Position numbers and translations under genes: made by a program. Shown in pieces: positions 49,006 to 59,100 of a stretch of 64,000 nucleotides of DNA (position 1 is its first letter; every line of letters starts with the position of its first letter). The DNA comes from Acidimicrobiaceae bacterium. GTDB taxonomy: Bacteria; Actinomycetota; Acidimicrobiia; Acidimicrobiales; JACDCH01. The notes beneath the pieces are model-generated. The model made no database searches. It was not told the origin of the DNA and saw only the letters and a list, made by a program, of their open reading frames with translations. The DNA is taken from assembly GCA_041166385.1 (NCBI GenBank), contig JBEEFW010000021.1:32185-96184 (forward strand). The letters are read 5' to 3'.

Positions 49006-52000
49006 TCAGCGCACGATGGCGAGCCGTTCGGCCGTCGTCGGTTCCGCCAACGGGACCGTTGGCGTCCGTACGACGCCGAGCCCTTCGAAGAGGGCGGCCG
49101 CCTCATCTGCGAACTCCCCCGCGCGGTCGAGACCGAGCAGGTGGCCGACCGCGCCGAGCGCCTGCAGCGTGAGCGCGGACTCGTAGTCGGCGGCGGCCTC
49201 ACGGCTGCGCACGAGGCTGTAGCCGAGCCGCGACCAACCCGTGAGGGGGTCGCCTGCTTGCGCGTAGGCGTAGCCCAGCACGCGCTCCACGAGCATCGAC
49301 ACATACGGCGACGCGTTCATGCGCTTGGCGCGCGCGTCCACGTCGTTGGCCAGTTCGATCGCCGCCGCCGGATAGCCGGCGAGCACGAACCGTTCGGCGT
49401 CGCGGGCATCTGCTTCGAGCAGCATCCCCTCACCGCCGATCCGTCGGAGCACGGCGCGCGCTTGCGCGTACCACGCTGCCGCGTCCTCGAAGCGGCCCTC
49501 GCGCGCCGCGACGCGTCCGAGGTTGCCGAGCGCCATGCCCGTCATCGCGTGCCCCGACGCCCGCCAGATCGCCAGCGCCTCGTGGAACAGCGCGTCGGCT
49601 TCGATCGTGTGTCCCTGGTCCGAGCTGATCTCGGCGATGTTGTTGAGGATGAGCGCCTCCATCGCCAGTGCGCCCGCGGCGCGGGCCGCCTCGAGGCTGT
49701 CGCGGTACCAACTGGCCGCGTCGTCCCACCGGCCCTCGTAGTACGCGGCGATGCCCATGTTGTTGAGGGCGTTGGTGCGACCGACCTCGTCGCCGAGCTC
49801 GTCGTAGATCGCGAGCGACAGTTCGCTGTACGGCACCTCGGGCTCGAGCCGCAGCTCGATGTGGATCCAGTCGAGTAGGCGATAGGCGTGGGCGAGCACC
49901 GCCCGCACCTCGGCCGGCCGGGCGGCTTCGGCGAGTCGCACCCCTTCCTCGAGGATCGGCCGCGCCTTGAGATGGCGTCCTTGGCGGAGTTGCGCGGCGC
50001 CTTGGCTGACGGTGAGCTCGGCGCGGAGACGTAGGGACTCGTGATTCATCACCGTCGTCGCCAGGGCGGCGGTGCGGTCGAGCTCTGCGAACCCTCGCTT
50101 GTACGACCGGAGCGCATCGGAGAACCGTCCCTCGCGCTCCCACACGATGCCTGCCTTGCGGAACAGGGCGGCCACCGCGTGCGGATCGCCGGCAACGAAG
50201 CGGCGCGCCTGGCGATACGCCGCCATGGCTTCCACGTAGCGGCCGCTCAGCTCGGCGGCGTCCCCGAGCCGCTCGGCGACCGCGGCTCGGGCCGGCGACG
50301 TGATCTCGGGAAGATGGCGGGCGGCCTCGAGGGCGCGGCCGTAGAACGCGGTGGCCTCGACAGGTGCTCCCGCCTGTTGCGACCGTTCGCCCGCGAGACA
50401 CGAGTACTCCCATGCCTTCGTGTAATGGCGGGCCGCGTGGAAGTGGATCGACAGCAGCTCGGCCACCTCGTCGGGGCGGTCACCGGCATCGGCCTCGAGG
50501 ATCTCTCCGGCGCGGCCGTGCAACGTGTGGCGCGCCTTGAACGAAAGTCCCTCGTACGCGACATCGCGCAGGAGCACATGACGGAAGCGGACCATGCCTC
50601 GTGTGCCACCCGCGGCGGTGTTGTCGGGTCCGAGGAAGTGTCCCAGCCGACGCAGGCGAGGGGCGAGGGCCGCGGGCGTGACGTCGAGCATCTGCGCGAG
50701 CACGGGAACAGGGAACCGGCTCCCGAGCACCGCCGCCCGCCGCAAGAGCGATCGCTCGTCGCCTGGCAGCGTGTCGATCGTCGCGGCGATGACCGCCTCG
50801 ACGGTGTCGGGCAGCTCGGTCATCGAGCCATCGGTGGCGGCGCGCACGAGCTCCTGGAGGAACAGCGGGTTGCCACCGCTGCGGCTGGCAAGGTCGGCGA
50901 GCACCTGCGGCTGGAGGCGAGCGCCGTCGCCATCGGCGGTGAGCGACGTCGCCAAGGCGGACGCCGCGGCGTCGCCGAGCGGCTCGAGGGCGATGCGTGT
51001 CGGGTTCGCGCTCTCCGCCAACGACAGTCCGCCGAGTGTCGGGCGGCGGGTGACGATGATCGCCCACGGCCGACGGGCCACGTCGTTCAGCAGTTCGTGT
51101 AGGAGATCGCTCGACGCCGCATCGAGCCAGTGCGCGTCCTCCACGGTGATCAGCGCGGGCCCGGAGAGGACCCCGATCATCAACCGGGCGACCGCGTTCT
51201 GCACGCGAGCCGGGCGAAACGCGGGGTCGAGGCGCGCCATCTCCGGCGTGTCCGCGATCTCCAGCCCGAGCGGCACGCCCAGCAACGGCAGCCAGGGCAG
51301 GAGGTCTGGCGCGACATCCGCAACCGTGCGCCGCAGCGCGGCCTCGACCTCGTCCCTGTCACTGTCGACGCCGACACCGATCGCCTGCCGCAGTGGCCGG
51401 CGGAGCGGGTAGTACGGCGTCGCGAGGCTGTAGCGCCCAGCCTCCATCGAGAACACCGGCAGGCCATGCGGCAACGAGAGCACGGCGGCGAGCAGCTTCG
51501 ATTTGCCGATGCCCGGCTCGCCCACCAGTTCGACCACCACGCCGCTGCCCTCGTGTGCATCGGCGAGTGCCGATCGGACGATCCCGAGCTCGCGGTCGCG
51601 ACCGACGAGCGGGACGTCGCCCTCGTCCGACTCCATCCCCTCGAAGGTGTCTTGGACGTCGCCGATCACCGACGCGTGTACCGGCTGCGACTTGCCCTTC
51701 ACCGCGAACGGCTCGAGCGACGTGCGAGCGAACGACGTGCGTACGCGATCGACGAGCTCGTCGGTGGCGAGCACCTGCCCCCAGTCCGCGCGGCCCATCA
51801 CGCGGGCCGCGAGGTTCACGGCGTCGCCGATCACGGTGAAGGCGCGCCGCTCGCGGCTGCCGAGATCAACGGCAAAGACGCGGCCACGGCTGGCTCCGGC
51901 GCGCAGCGGCAAGCGGCCTCCAGCGTCCACGATCCGCCGCAGTGTGTGCACGAGGCAATCCGCGTCGTCGGGTGAGGCCGCCGGCACGCCCGCCGCGATG

Positions 52001-53013
52001 ATCAGCTTGAGCGCGCCCTTGTCGACATCGGTCGCGAGAAATGTTGTGCCGTGCTCGACACACGCGTCCTGCGCGTGGGAGATCACGTCGTGCAGCGCCT
52101 CGGCCAGCGCGGCCGGACCCGCGCCGGCGAGCAACGTGTCGGTCCCGCCGATCTGCACGAAGCCGATGGCCGCCAAGCGGTGCTCGCCGTCGTCCTCGCT
52201 CGTGCGGAGATGCGTCGCCAACGCGCCAGGCAGGCCGGGCGCGTGATCGTCGACCTCAGGCGCACGCGGCACCTCGACGTCCCCGATGGGTGGCGGGCGT
52301 CGCAACAGACGCCCTTCGCCGACGTCCGCTCCGAACGTGGCCCCGTCGAGCAGCGTCGCAGTGGAACGACCGACAACGACCTGACCGCTCGCCGCGGCGG
52401 CTTCCATCGCGAGAGTCGTGGTGGCCACCGGGCCTGTCACCAACAACTCGAGATGAGATGCCCCCGTGAGGAACAGGTGGCACTCGCCGGAGCACACGCC
52501 GACGGACATCCCGAGCCGGGCGATCCCCGCTTCGGTCTCGAGCCGGCGGTATGGCCTCAGCGCGGCGAGCATCTCCGTGGCGGCGGCACTCGCTCGGACG
52601 GCATGGCCATCGCCGCTGAACAACAGGAGGACGGCGTCGCCGCCGAACTTCAGGCAGTCGCCGCCGCGAGCCCCAGCGATGGCGAGGAGATCACCGAAGA
52701 CCGCGTTGAGGATCTCGGTGAGGTGCTCGGCACCGACCTTGCCAAGTCGCGCGAGCCGCTCGGTCAGCGGCGTGAAGCCGGAGACGTCGGCGAACACGAA
52801 CGTGCCGTCGATGGCGCGCCATGCCGGTGCCGCCCCGTGGCCGAGCCACTCCGCGTGCTGTACGGAGAGGTACGCACCGAGCTGTCGTCCGTCCGCTGTT
52901 GCTGCTCGCGTCATCGCCACTACGTCTTCCGCCCGGCTGGATCCGCCTCCTGTCCAACTGTTGCAGATTCGCCTGACCGAATCGCCCCTTTGTGCCGAGA
53001 TGAGGCTGCCCAT
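49006..53013 (-). CDS. tandem class III cyclase-homology domains + STAND P-loop NTPase + TPR protein
   Basis: CHD1 spans ~aa 68-225 (FVFADVSGFT, KFGGDAV). CHD2 spans ~aa 278-445 (IGDAVNLAARV). Walker A is GEPGIGKS and Walker B ITVEDAHWLD, followed by ~600 aa of TPR-like repeats. No C-terminal HTH seen. Alternative start ATG 52914. Confidence 0.85.
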   Translation of the reverse strand: MGSLISAQRGDSVRRICNSWTGGGSSRAEDVVAMTRAATADGRQLGAYLSVQHAEWLGHGAAPAWRAIDGTFVFADVSGFTPLTERLARLGKVGAEHLTEILNAVFGDLLAIAGARGGDCLKFGGDAVLLLFSGDGHAVRASAAATEMLAALRPYRRLETEAGIARLGMSVGVCSGECHLFLTGASHLELLVTGPVATTTLAMEAAAASGQVVVGRSTATLLDGATFGADVGEGRLLRRPPPIGDVEVPRAPEVDDHAPGLPGALATHLRTSEDDGEHRLAAIGFVQIGGTDTLLAGAGPAALAEALHDVISHAQDACVEHGTTFLATDVDKGALKLIIAAGVPAASPDDADCLVHTLRRIVDAGGRLPLRAGASRGRVFAVDLGSRERRAFTVIGDAVNLAARVMGRADWGQVLATDELVDRVRTSFARTSLEPFAVKGKSQPVHASVIGDVQDTFEGMESDEGDVPLVGRDRELGIVRSALADAHEGSGVVVELVGEPGIGKSKLLAAVLSLPHGLPVFSMEAGRYSLATPYYPLRRPLRQAIGVGVDSDRDEVEAALRRTVADVAPDLLPWLPLLGVPLGLEIADTPEMARLDPAFRPARVQNAVARLMIGVLSGPALITVEDAHWLDAASSDLLHELLNDVARRPWAIIVTRRPTLGGLSLAESANPTRIALEPLGDAAASALATSLTADGDGARLQPQVLADLASRSGGNPLFLQELVRAATDGSMTELPDTVEAVIAATIDTLPGDERSLLRRAAVLGSRFPVPVLAQMLDVTPAALAPRLRRLGHFLGPDNTAAGGTRGMVRFRHVLLRDVAYEGLSFKARHTLHGRAGEILEADAGDRPDEVAELLSIHFHAARHYTKAWEYSCLAGERSQQAGAPVEATAFYGRALEAARHLPEITSPARAAVAERLGDAAELSGRYVEAMAAYRQARRFVAGDPHAVAALFRKAGIVWEREGRFSDALRSYKRGFAELDRTAALATTVMNHESLRLRAELTVSQGAAQLRQGRHLKARPILEEGVRLAEAARPAEVRAVLAHAYRLLDWIHIELRLEPEVPYSELSLAIYDELGDEVGRTNALNNMGIAAYYEGRWDDAASWYRDSLEAARAAGALAMEALILNNIAEISSDQGHTIEADALFHEALAIWRASGHAMTGMALGNLGRVAAREGRFEDAAAWYAQARAVLRRIGGEGMLLEADARDAERFVLAGYPAAAIELANDVDARAKRMNASPYVSMLVERVLGYAYAQAGDPLTGWSRLGYSLVRSREAAADYESALTLQALGAVGHLLGLDRAGEFADEAAALFEGLGVVRTPTVPLAEPTTAERLAIVR

Positions 53014-53054
53014 CCCGCCGAAGCGTCAGGGAAGTCGCACGCTCCGGCGGGACT

Positions 53055-53099
53055 GTGACGCAGTCACGCCTGGGGTTAGGCCTTTGTGACTAGTTAGGC
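53055..53099. promoter_or_regulatory. operator-like motif cluster in the divergent intergenic region
   Basis: Palindrome GTGAC-GCA-GTCAC at 53055-53067. Direct repeat TTAGGC at 53076-53081 and 53094-53099. A third GTGAC at 53086-53090. Confidence 0.25.
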
Positions 53100-53164
53100 A
53101 ACCCCCGTCCTTCGCACACTGGCGAGCAACGGACGAGACCAGGCGAACTGGGCGAGGGCACAAC

Positions 53165-56100
53165 ATGACGAAGAACTGGGTTCGGCGCGGCGTGGCGATG
53201 GCCATCTCGGTGGCCGTGATGGCGGGACTCCTTGCGGTGACGGAATCGACGGCGTCGGCCGCGACGCCACCGGCTGGCTCTGCCGGCGCGCTCGACAGCG
53301 GTTTCGGTACGGGCGGCGTCACGTCGACGTCTGACCCGACGCTGACCCTCACGGCGGCCAGCAAGGTGCTCGTGCAGCCTGACGGCAAGATCGTCGTCGC
53401 CGGCATTCAACCCGGGAGCGCTGGCAACGTCGTCGTCACCCGGTTCACCGCGACCGGAGCGAAGGACACCACGTTCGGCGCGCCCCTCGGGTACACGAAG
53501 CCAGGGCTGGGCAGCGCCTCTTCGCAAGACGGCGTGCAGATCGCGCTGCAGCCCGACGGCAAGATCCTCGTCGCCGGCTCGAAGGTGGTCAGCTCGCAAG
53601 CGAGGATCGCACTCGCCCGCCTGAACTCCAACGGCTCGCTCGACACCACCTTCGCCAGCGGCGGCACTGCGACGCTCGCCTTCGGTTCTTCCATGCCGCA
53701 ACAGCACGGCTCGGGTGTGTTGGTGCTGCCGAGCGGCCAGATCCTGATGAGCATCTGGATCGGACCGGGGCACGACGCGTTCAAAGTCGTCCGGTACTCG
53801 TCCACCGGCGTGTTCGACACCAGCTTCGGCAGCAGCGGCCTCGCGATCTCGCGCCCGATCACCGGTCAACCGGCGCAGGCCGCTGACCTCGCGTTGACAT
53901 CCGACAACAAGATCGTCGTCGTCGGGTCGGTCAACACCACCCACAACAGCATCGCCCAGACCGACACCGCCGTCGTGCGCTTCACCGCGTCCGGACAGCC
54001 GGACACGACGTTTCCCGCGCCGTCCGGCAACTCGCAAGGTGCGGCCATCCTCGACCGGAACAGCTCGAAGAACGATGCCGCCAACGCGGTGCTGATCGAC
54101 GCGTCCGGTCGCATCAACCTCTCTGGCACCATCGCGTCGACGCCGTCAGCGGCCTACGTGATGCGACTCACGTCGACTGGTGTGGCCGACTCGACGTTCG
54201 GTACCGGCGGCGTGCTGCAAGGCACCTTCGGCGGCGCGGCCGCGACGGGCGGCGGCGCGGCCTTCGACGCCAACGGGCGGCTGCTCGTCGCCGGCGGCGA
54301 CGGGGCATCGACCACGAACGCGCTCGGCATCGAGCGTCTGTTGTCGAGCGGCGCGACGCCGTACGACGGCACCTTCGGTCTGACGAGCACGCCGGGACGC
54401 GAGAGCGTCGTGTGCTCACCGGCGAACTCCGGCGCGGGGTACTCGGTCGCGGTGCAGCCCGATCAGCGCATCGTGCTCGCCGGTGTGTGCAACGGAGCCA
54501 TCACCGTCGCGCGCCTGAATGTCGGCAACCTCAGCAACCTCACGATGACGACCTCGACGCCCAACGCGCCGGCGGGTCACGGCACGATCCCGCTGTCGAG
54601 CGTTCCGGGCGGCGCGCTGCTGTCGACCACGAACAGCCTCATGAGCTCACCTGGATTCGGAACGCCCGGCTTTGGCACCCCGGGATTCGGTTCACCCGGA
54701 TTCGGTAGTCCCGGCTTCGGCACCCCCGGTTTCGGCACCCCCGGTTTCGGCACGCCGGGATTCGGCACGCCGGGATTCGGCACGCCGGTCGACCAGTCGC
54801 CGTTGACCGATCCGTTCCTCGGCCCGATTCCGCTGTCGGCGATCGCGATCTCTCCGTCGGCGCTCGATCCAACGGCGCCGTCGACGTGGGACCAGGTGCT
54901 CGCGGGCACGGTGTATGCCGGACTGCCCACGCAGAGCATCACGATCCAACAGCTGTTCGCGCTCAACCCGGTTCCTGCCGCGTTGCACAAGGTGACCATC
55001 GGTCAGCTCGACGTCAGCGCGACGGGTCTGCGGAAGGCCAGCGTCGGCGCGTACCTGCTGGGGCGCACACCCACGTCGGCGCTCCCGGCTCCGGCCGGCG
55101 GCTTCTGCAACTACCTGACGGGCCAACCTGCCAACTGCTCGAACACCAACGTTGCAACCGCGAGCTTGTTGGGTCTCGAGTTGCAGGGTGATTCGTTCCA
55201 GTCGTACTTCTCGTCGACGCCGATCAATCTCGTCGGTCTCGCGCTGACGGGCTCGCCGCTCAGCACGACGCTGCTCAACAACATCGACGTCGCGCAGACC
55301 ACGCTCGGCGCGGTCCGAGCCACTGCGCTCACGACACCGTCGACGTTCCTGAAGTGCACGCCGTCGTCCACCGCCGGCCCGTGCTACACGCTCGCCGACG
55401 CGCTGGCGTCCGGCAACATCCAGACGACAGCGGGTGCAACCCTCGGCGCGTTGCTCGCGAATTCGCCGAGCGCCGTCGGACAGCTCTACCTCTCGAACCT
55501 GCTGCTCGGTCTCATGTCGCGCCAGAGCCTTCCGATCGAGAACCTGGCCGCCACGACCGACATCGTGGCGAACTCGCCCCTGCCCACCAGCGGCGCGGCG
55601 TACACGATCGGTTTCGACATGGGCTGCGGCGCGGCCAGCTCGCTCGTGGTCACGCCCGCACTCCCGGCAGGGTTCCGGCTCATCCCGAGCACGGTGAACA
55701 TGACCGTCGGCAGCAGCTCGGTGAACACGACGGTCGGCGCCGACGGCACGATCAGGCCCTCTGGGTCCTTCTCGTGCTCGCAGACGCAGCACGTGACCGT
55801 GAATCTGCAGGCAGAGCCATCATCGGTTCTCGGGGGTCCCGTCACCGCGGGCACGACGGTCGCGGTGTCGACCGACTCGTTGTCGCTCAGCAACCAGGCA
55901 CCCGTGACGACCGTCGACAACTTCGAGCCCGACGACGTGACCGCCGGCAACCCAGGGAACAGCAAGCCCTTCGGCTCGCTGTACCTCGGTCACATCTCCG
56001 GTCCTGGCGACATCGACTATTTCGTGCTCCAGCCGCCGCCGTCAGGTTCGACGGTGACGGTGACGCTGAGCAACCTCCCGATCGACGCCGACCTCATGAT

Positions 56101-59100
56101 GTACGGCGCGGCCTCGCCGCTGCTTCGAGCCTCACCCGGTTTCGGCACGCCCGGCTTCGGGACTCCTGGGTTCGGGTCGCCTGGCTTCGGGACTCCTGGG
56201 TTCGGGTCGCCTGGCTTCGGGTCGCCCGGCTTCGGTTCACCTGGTTTCGGGACGCCTGGCTTCGGCTCGCCCGGCTTCGGGAGCGACGCGGCCGACAAGG
56301 CCACCCCGCCGCAACTCACTGATGACGTGCCACGGCTCAACCTTCCCGTCCGTGGCTTCTCGGCGCAGCGCAATCTCGTCGGAGAGTCGATCACCACGAA
56401 GGTCACCGACGCCGACACCTCGCCGCTGCTGATCCAAGTGTCCGGGTACAACGGCGCCTCCAGCCCGCAGCCGTACACGCTGCGGATCTCGGCGACGCCC
56501 GCGCCCGGTGCGATCCCGTGTCAGGCGCGATCGTTCCCGACCCGCGGTACTGCCGGCACGCTGCCGTCGACGCCGCTGCCGGGCAACACGCAGACGCTGA
56601 TCCTCACCAACCAGAAGCGCCTCGGTGACGTGTACGGAAACGTCGCATTGCCTGGTGGCTTCAACGGCGACGCGGGCGTGGGCATGACTGCCCGCCTCCA
56701 GTCGCTCGCCGGCCAGTCGTACGTCAACGGCGTCGTGGTGCCTGTCGAAGGCGACGCGGCCGTGGCGAACGCGTATGCCGCGTGGGACGCGTCACCATGC
56801 AACGTCGCGCTTGCGAACGACGTGGTCGCGAAGGTCAATGCCCTCGTCGACCGGCTGCGCTCGGGTCTCAACGACCTGCGCTACATCGTGATCGCCGGCT
56901 CGGACGAGATCATCCCGATGGGCCGCGTGCCGGACAAGACCGCGTTCTACAACGAGGCCGGGTTCTCGGCCGGCATCTTCGGTGGGGCCGACAACGCGCA
57001 GTCGAGCGCGGCCAAGAAGGGCTTCATCCTCTCCGACAACCCGTTCGGTGACTTCGCGCCGACCGCCATGCTCGATACGCAACTGTTCGTGCCGCAGATC
57101 GCGGTCGGTCGACTCGTCGAGACGCCCGCCGAGATGGCCGCGAGCGTCGACGGCTGCGTCACCGCCGGCTGCCGAACGACTCCGAGTGCCTCGTTCGTGA
57201 CCGGATACGCACCGATGGACAAGGGTGCGCAGGAGATCAACTCGATCCTGGCGCAGCGGGGCGTGGCCACAAGCTCACAGATCAACAACACGTGGACCCG
57301 CAACGACGCGAAGAACGGTCTCGCCAGTGCCGCGAACGGCTACGGCGCGATCAACGCGCACTACGACTACTCGCGGGCGCTTCCCGCGCAGGAGTTCACG
57401 AACGGCACCGAGTCGGATCCGCTGTCGACGGCCGATCTTCCGAGCTCGCTCGCGGGGGGCGTGCAATGGACGATCGGATGTCACTCCGGTCTCAACATCC
57501 CCGACATCTACATCGCGTCACCGACCCAAGCCGAGCAGGCGAAGACGCTCGACTGGTCACAGGCGATGCTGCACAACGGTGCTGCCGGCTTCGTCGGACA
57601 GACCGGCTACGGCCTCGGAGACACCGATGCTCTCGCGTACTCCGAGCGTCTGTCGGTCGCGTTCGCGAAGAACCTCGACGGCACGATGACGATCGGACAG
57701 GCGCTTGCCTTCGCGAAGCAACAGTTCCTCGCCACGGGCGCGCCGAGCGTCTACGACGTGAAATCGGTTCAAGAGGCCACGTTCTACGGCTTGCCGATGT
57801 GGAGGATCGGACCGAGTGGTACGAGCGCACAGGCGACGTTGCCTCCGCCTCCGCCGTCACCGCCGTCGACCGTGACGCTCGCGAGCACGTCGAAGCAGTT
57901 CGACTCGGCCGTGACGCCGTTCAGCAACCCGCCCCGCACGTCGAACAACGGACGCGGGCAGTACTACACGGTTGGCAACGAAGCGCCGCAGGTGACGCCG
58001 AACCAGCCGATCGAGCCGCGCACCGAGATCCAGCTGGATCCGCGCAGTGACGGTCTCGTTGCGCACGGAGCAGTCATCGAGACGCTCAGCTCGCAGGACA
58101 CCCCCGGGTTCAACCCCATCTACGCGACTGCGATCGCGGACGTCGGTACGTTCAATCCGGAGCCCAAGGTCAGCACCGCGTACTTCCCGTCGGCGTTGCA
58201 GTCGGTCTCGGGCATCGTCACGCCGAACGGCCGTCGCGACTCCGTCGTGCTCGTGCCGGGCCAGTTCTTCAGCGACGGCAGCGGTACCGGCACCGGAACG
58301 CAACGGCTGTACACGAAGGTCGGCCTCACCGTCCTGTCGTCGAACTCCCTCGACTCCACCGCGCCGCGCATCGCGACGGTGAACGGCGGCATCCAGGGCA
58401 TCACCGCGTCCTTCACGGTCACCACGCCGGCCACCGACGTCCAGCGAGCCGTCTTCCTGGTGCTCGTGAATCCCTCACAGGGCTGGAAGCACGTCGAAGC
58501 GGTCAACGCGGGCGGAGGCAAGTGGGTCGGCACGATGACGGTGCCGTCGGGCACGCCGTCGATCGGTCAGTACTTCGTGCAGCTCGCTGACACGAGCGGC
58601 AACGTCGGCATCGACTCGAACAAGGGCCAGGACTGGTCGGCTGGCGGCATCCCTGGCTTCTCCTTCAGCGCCAACCCCGGAGCGGACCCCAACACCGGCC
58701 TCTACCCGGACGGCACCACGGTCAGCATCACCCCGCCCACCGGTGTCTCATTCACGTACAGCCTCGACGGAGGACCCAACCAGTCCTACACGGGCCCGAT
58801 CACGATCACCGGCGACAAGGGTCACACCCTGACCGCCACTGCATCGAACGGCGTGACTGCATCGCTCGGCATCCCGATCGACGCGCATGATCCGACGGCG
58901 ACGATCACCTCACCGGCCAACGGTGGCAACTACAACCGCGGTCAGGTGGTGACGCCTGCGTACTCGTGCTCGAGCGCGGTCACGATCCGATCGTGCACCG
59001 GTCCGACGACGGTCGACACGTCGTCGCCGGGGTCGAAGACCTACACCGTGACTGCCACCGACGTGTTCGGGCGCACCGGTACCGGGTCGTCGACGTACAA

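Noticed and set aside
54650-56284. The 15-bp tandem arrays as a CRISPR array or non-coding satellite.
   Set aside because: There are no spacers. The period is exactly five codons and in frame with a 2,175-codon ORF, and variation is mainly synonymous. These are coding peptide repeats.
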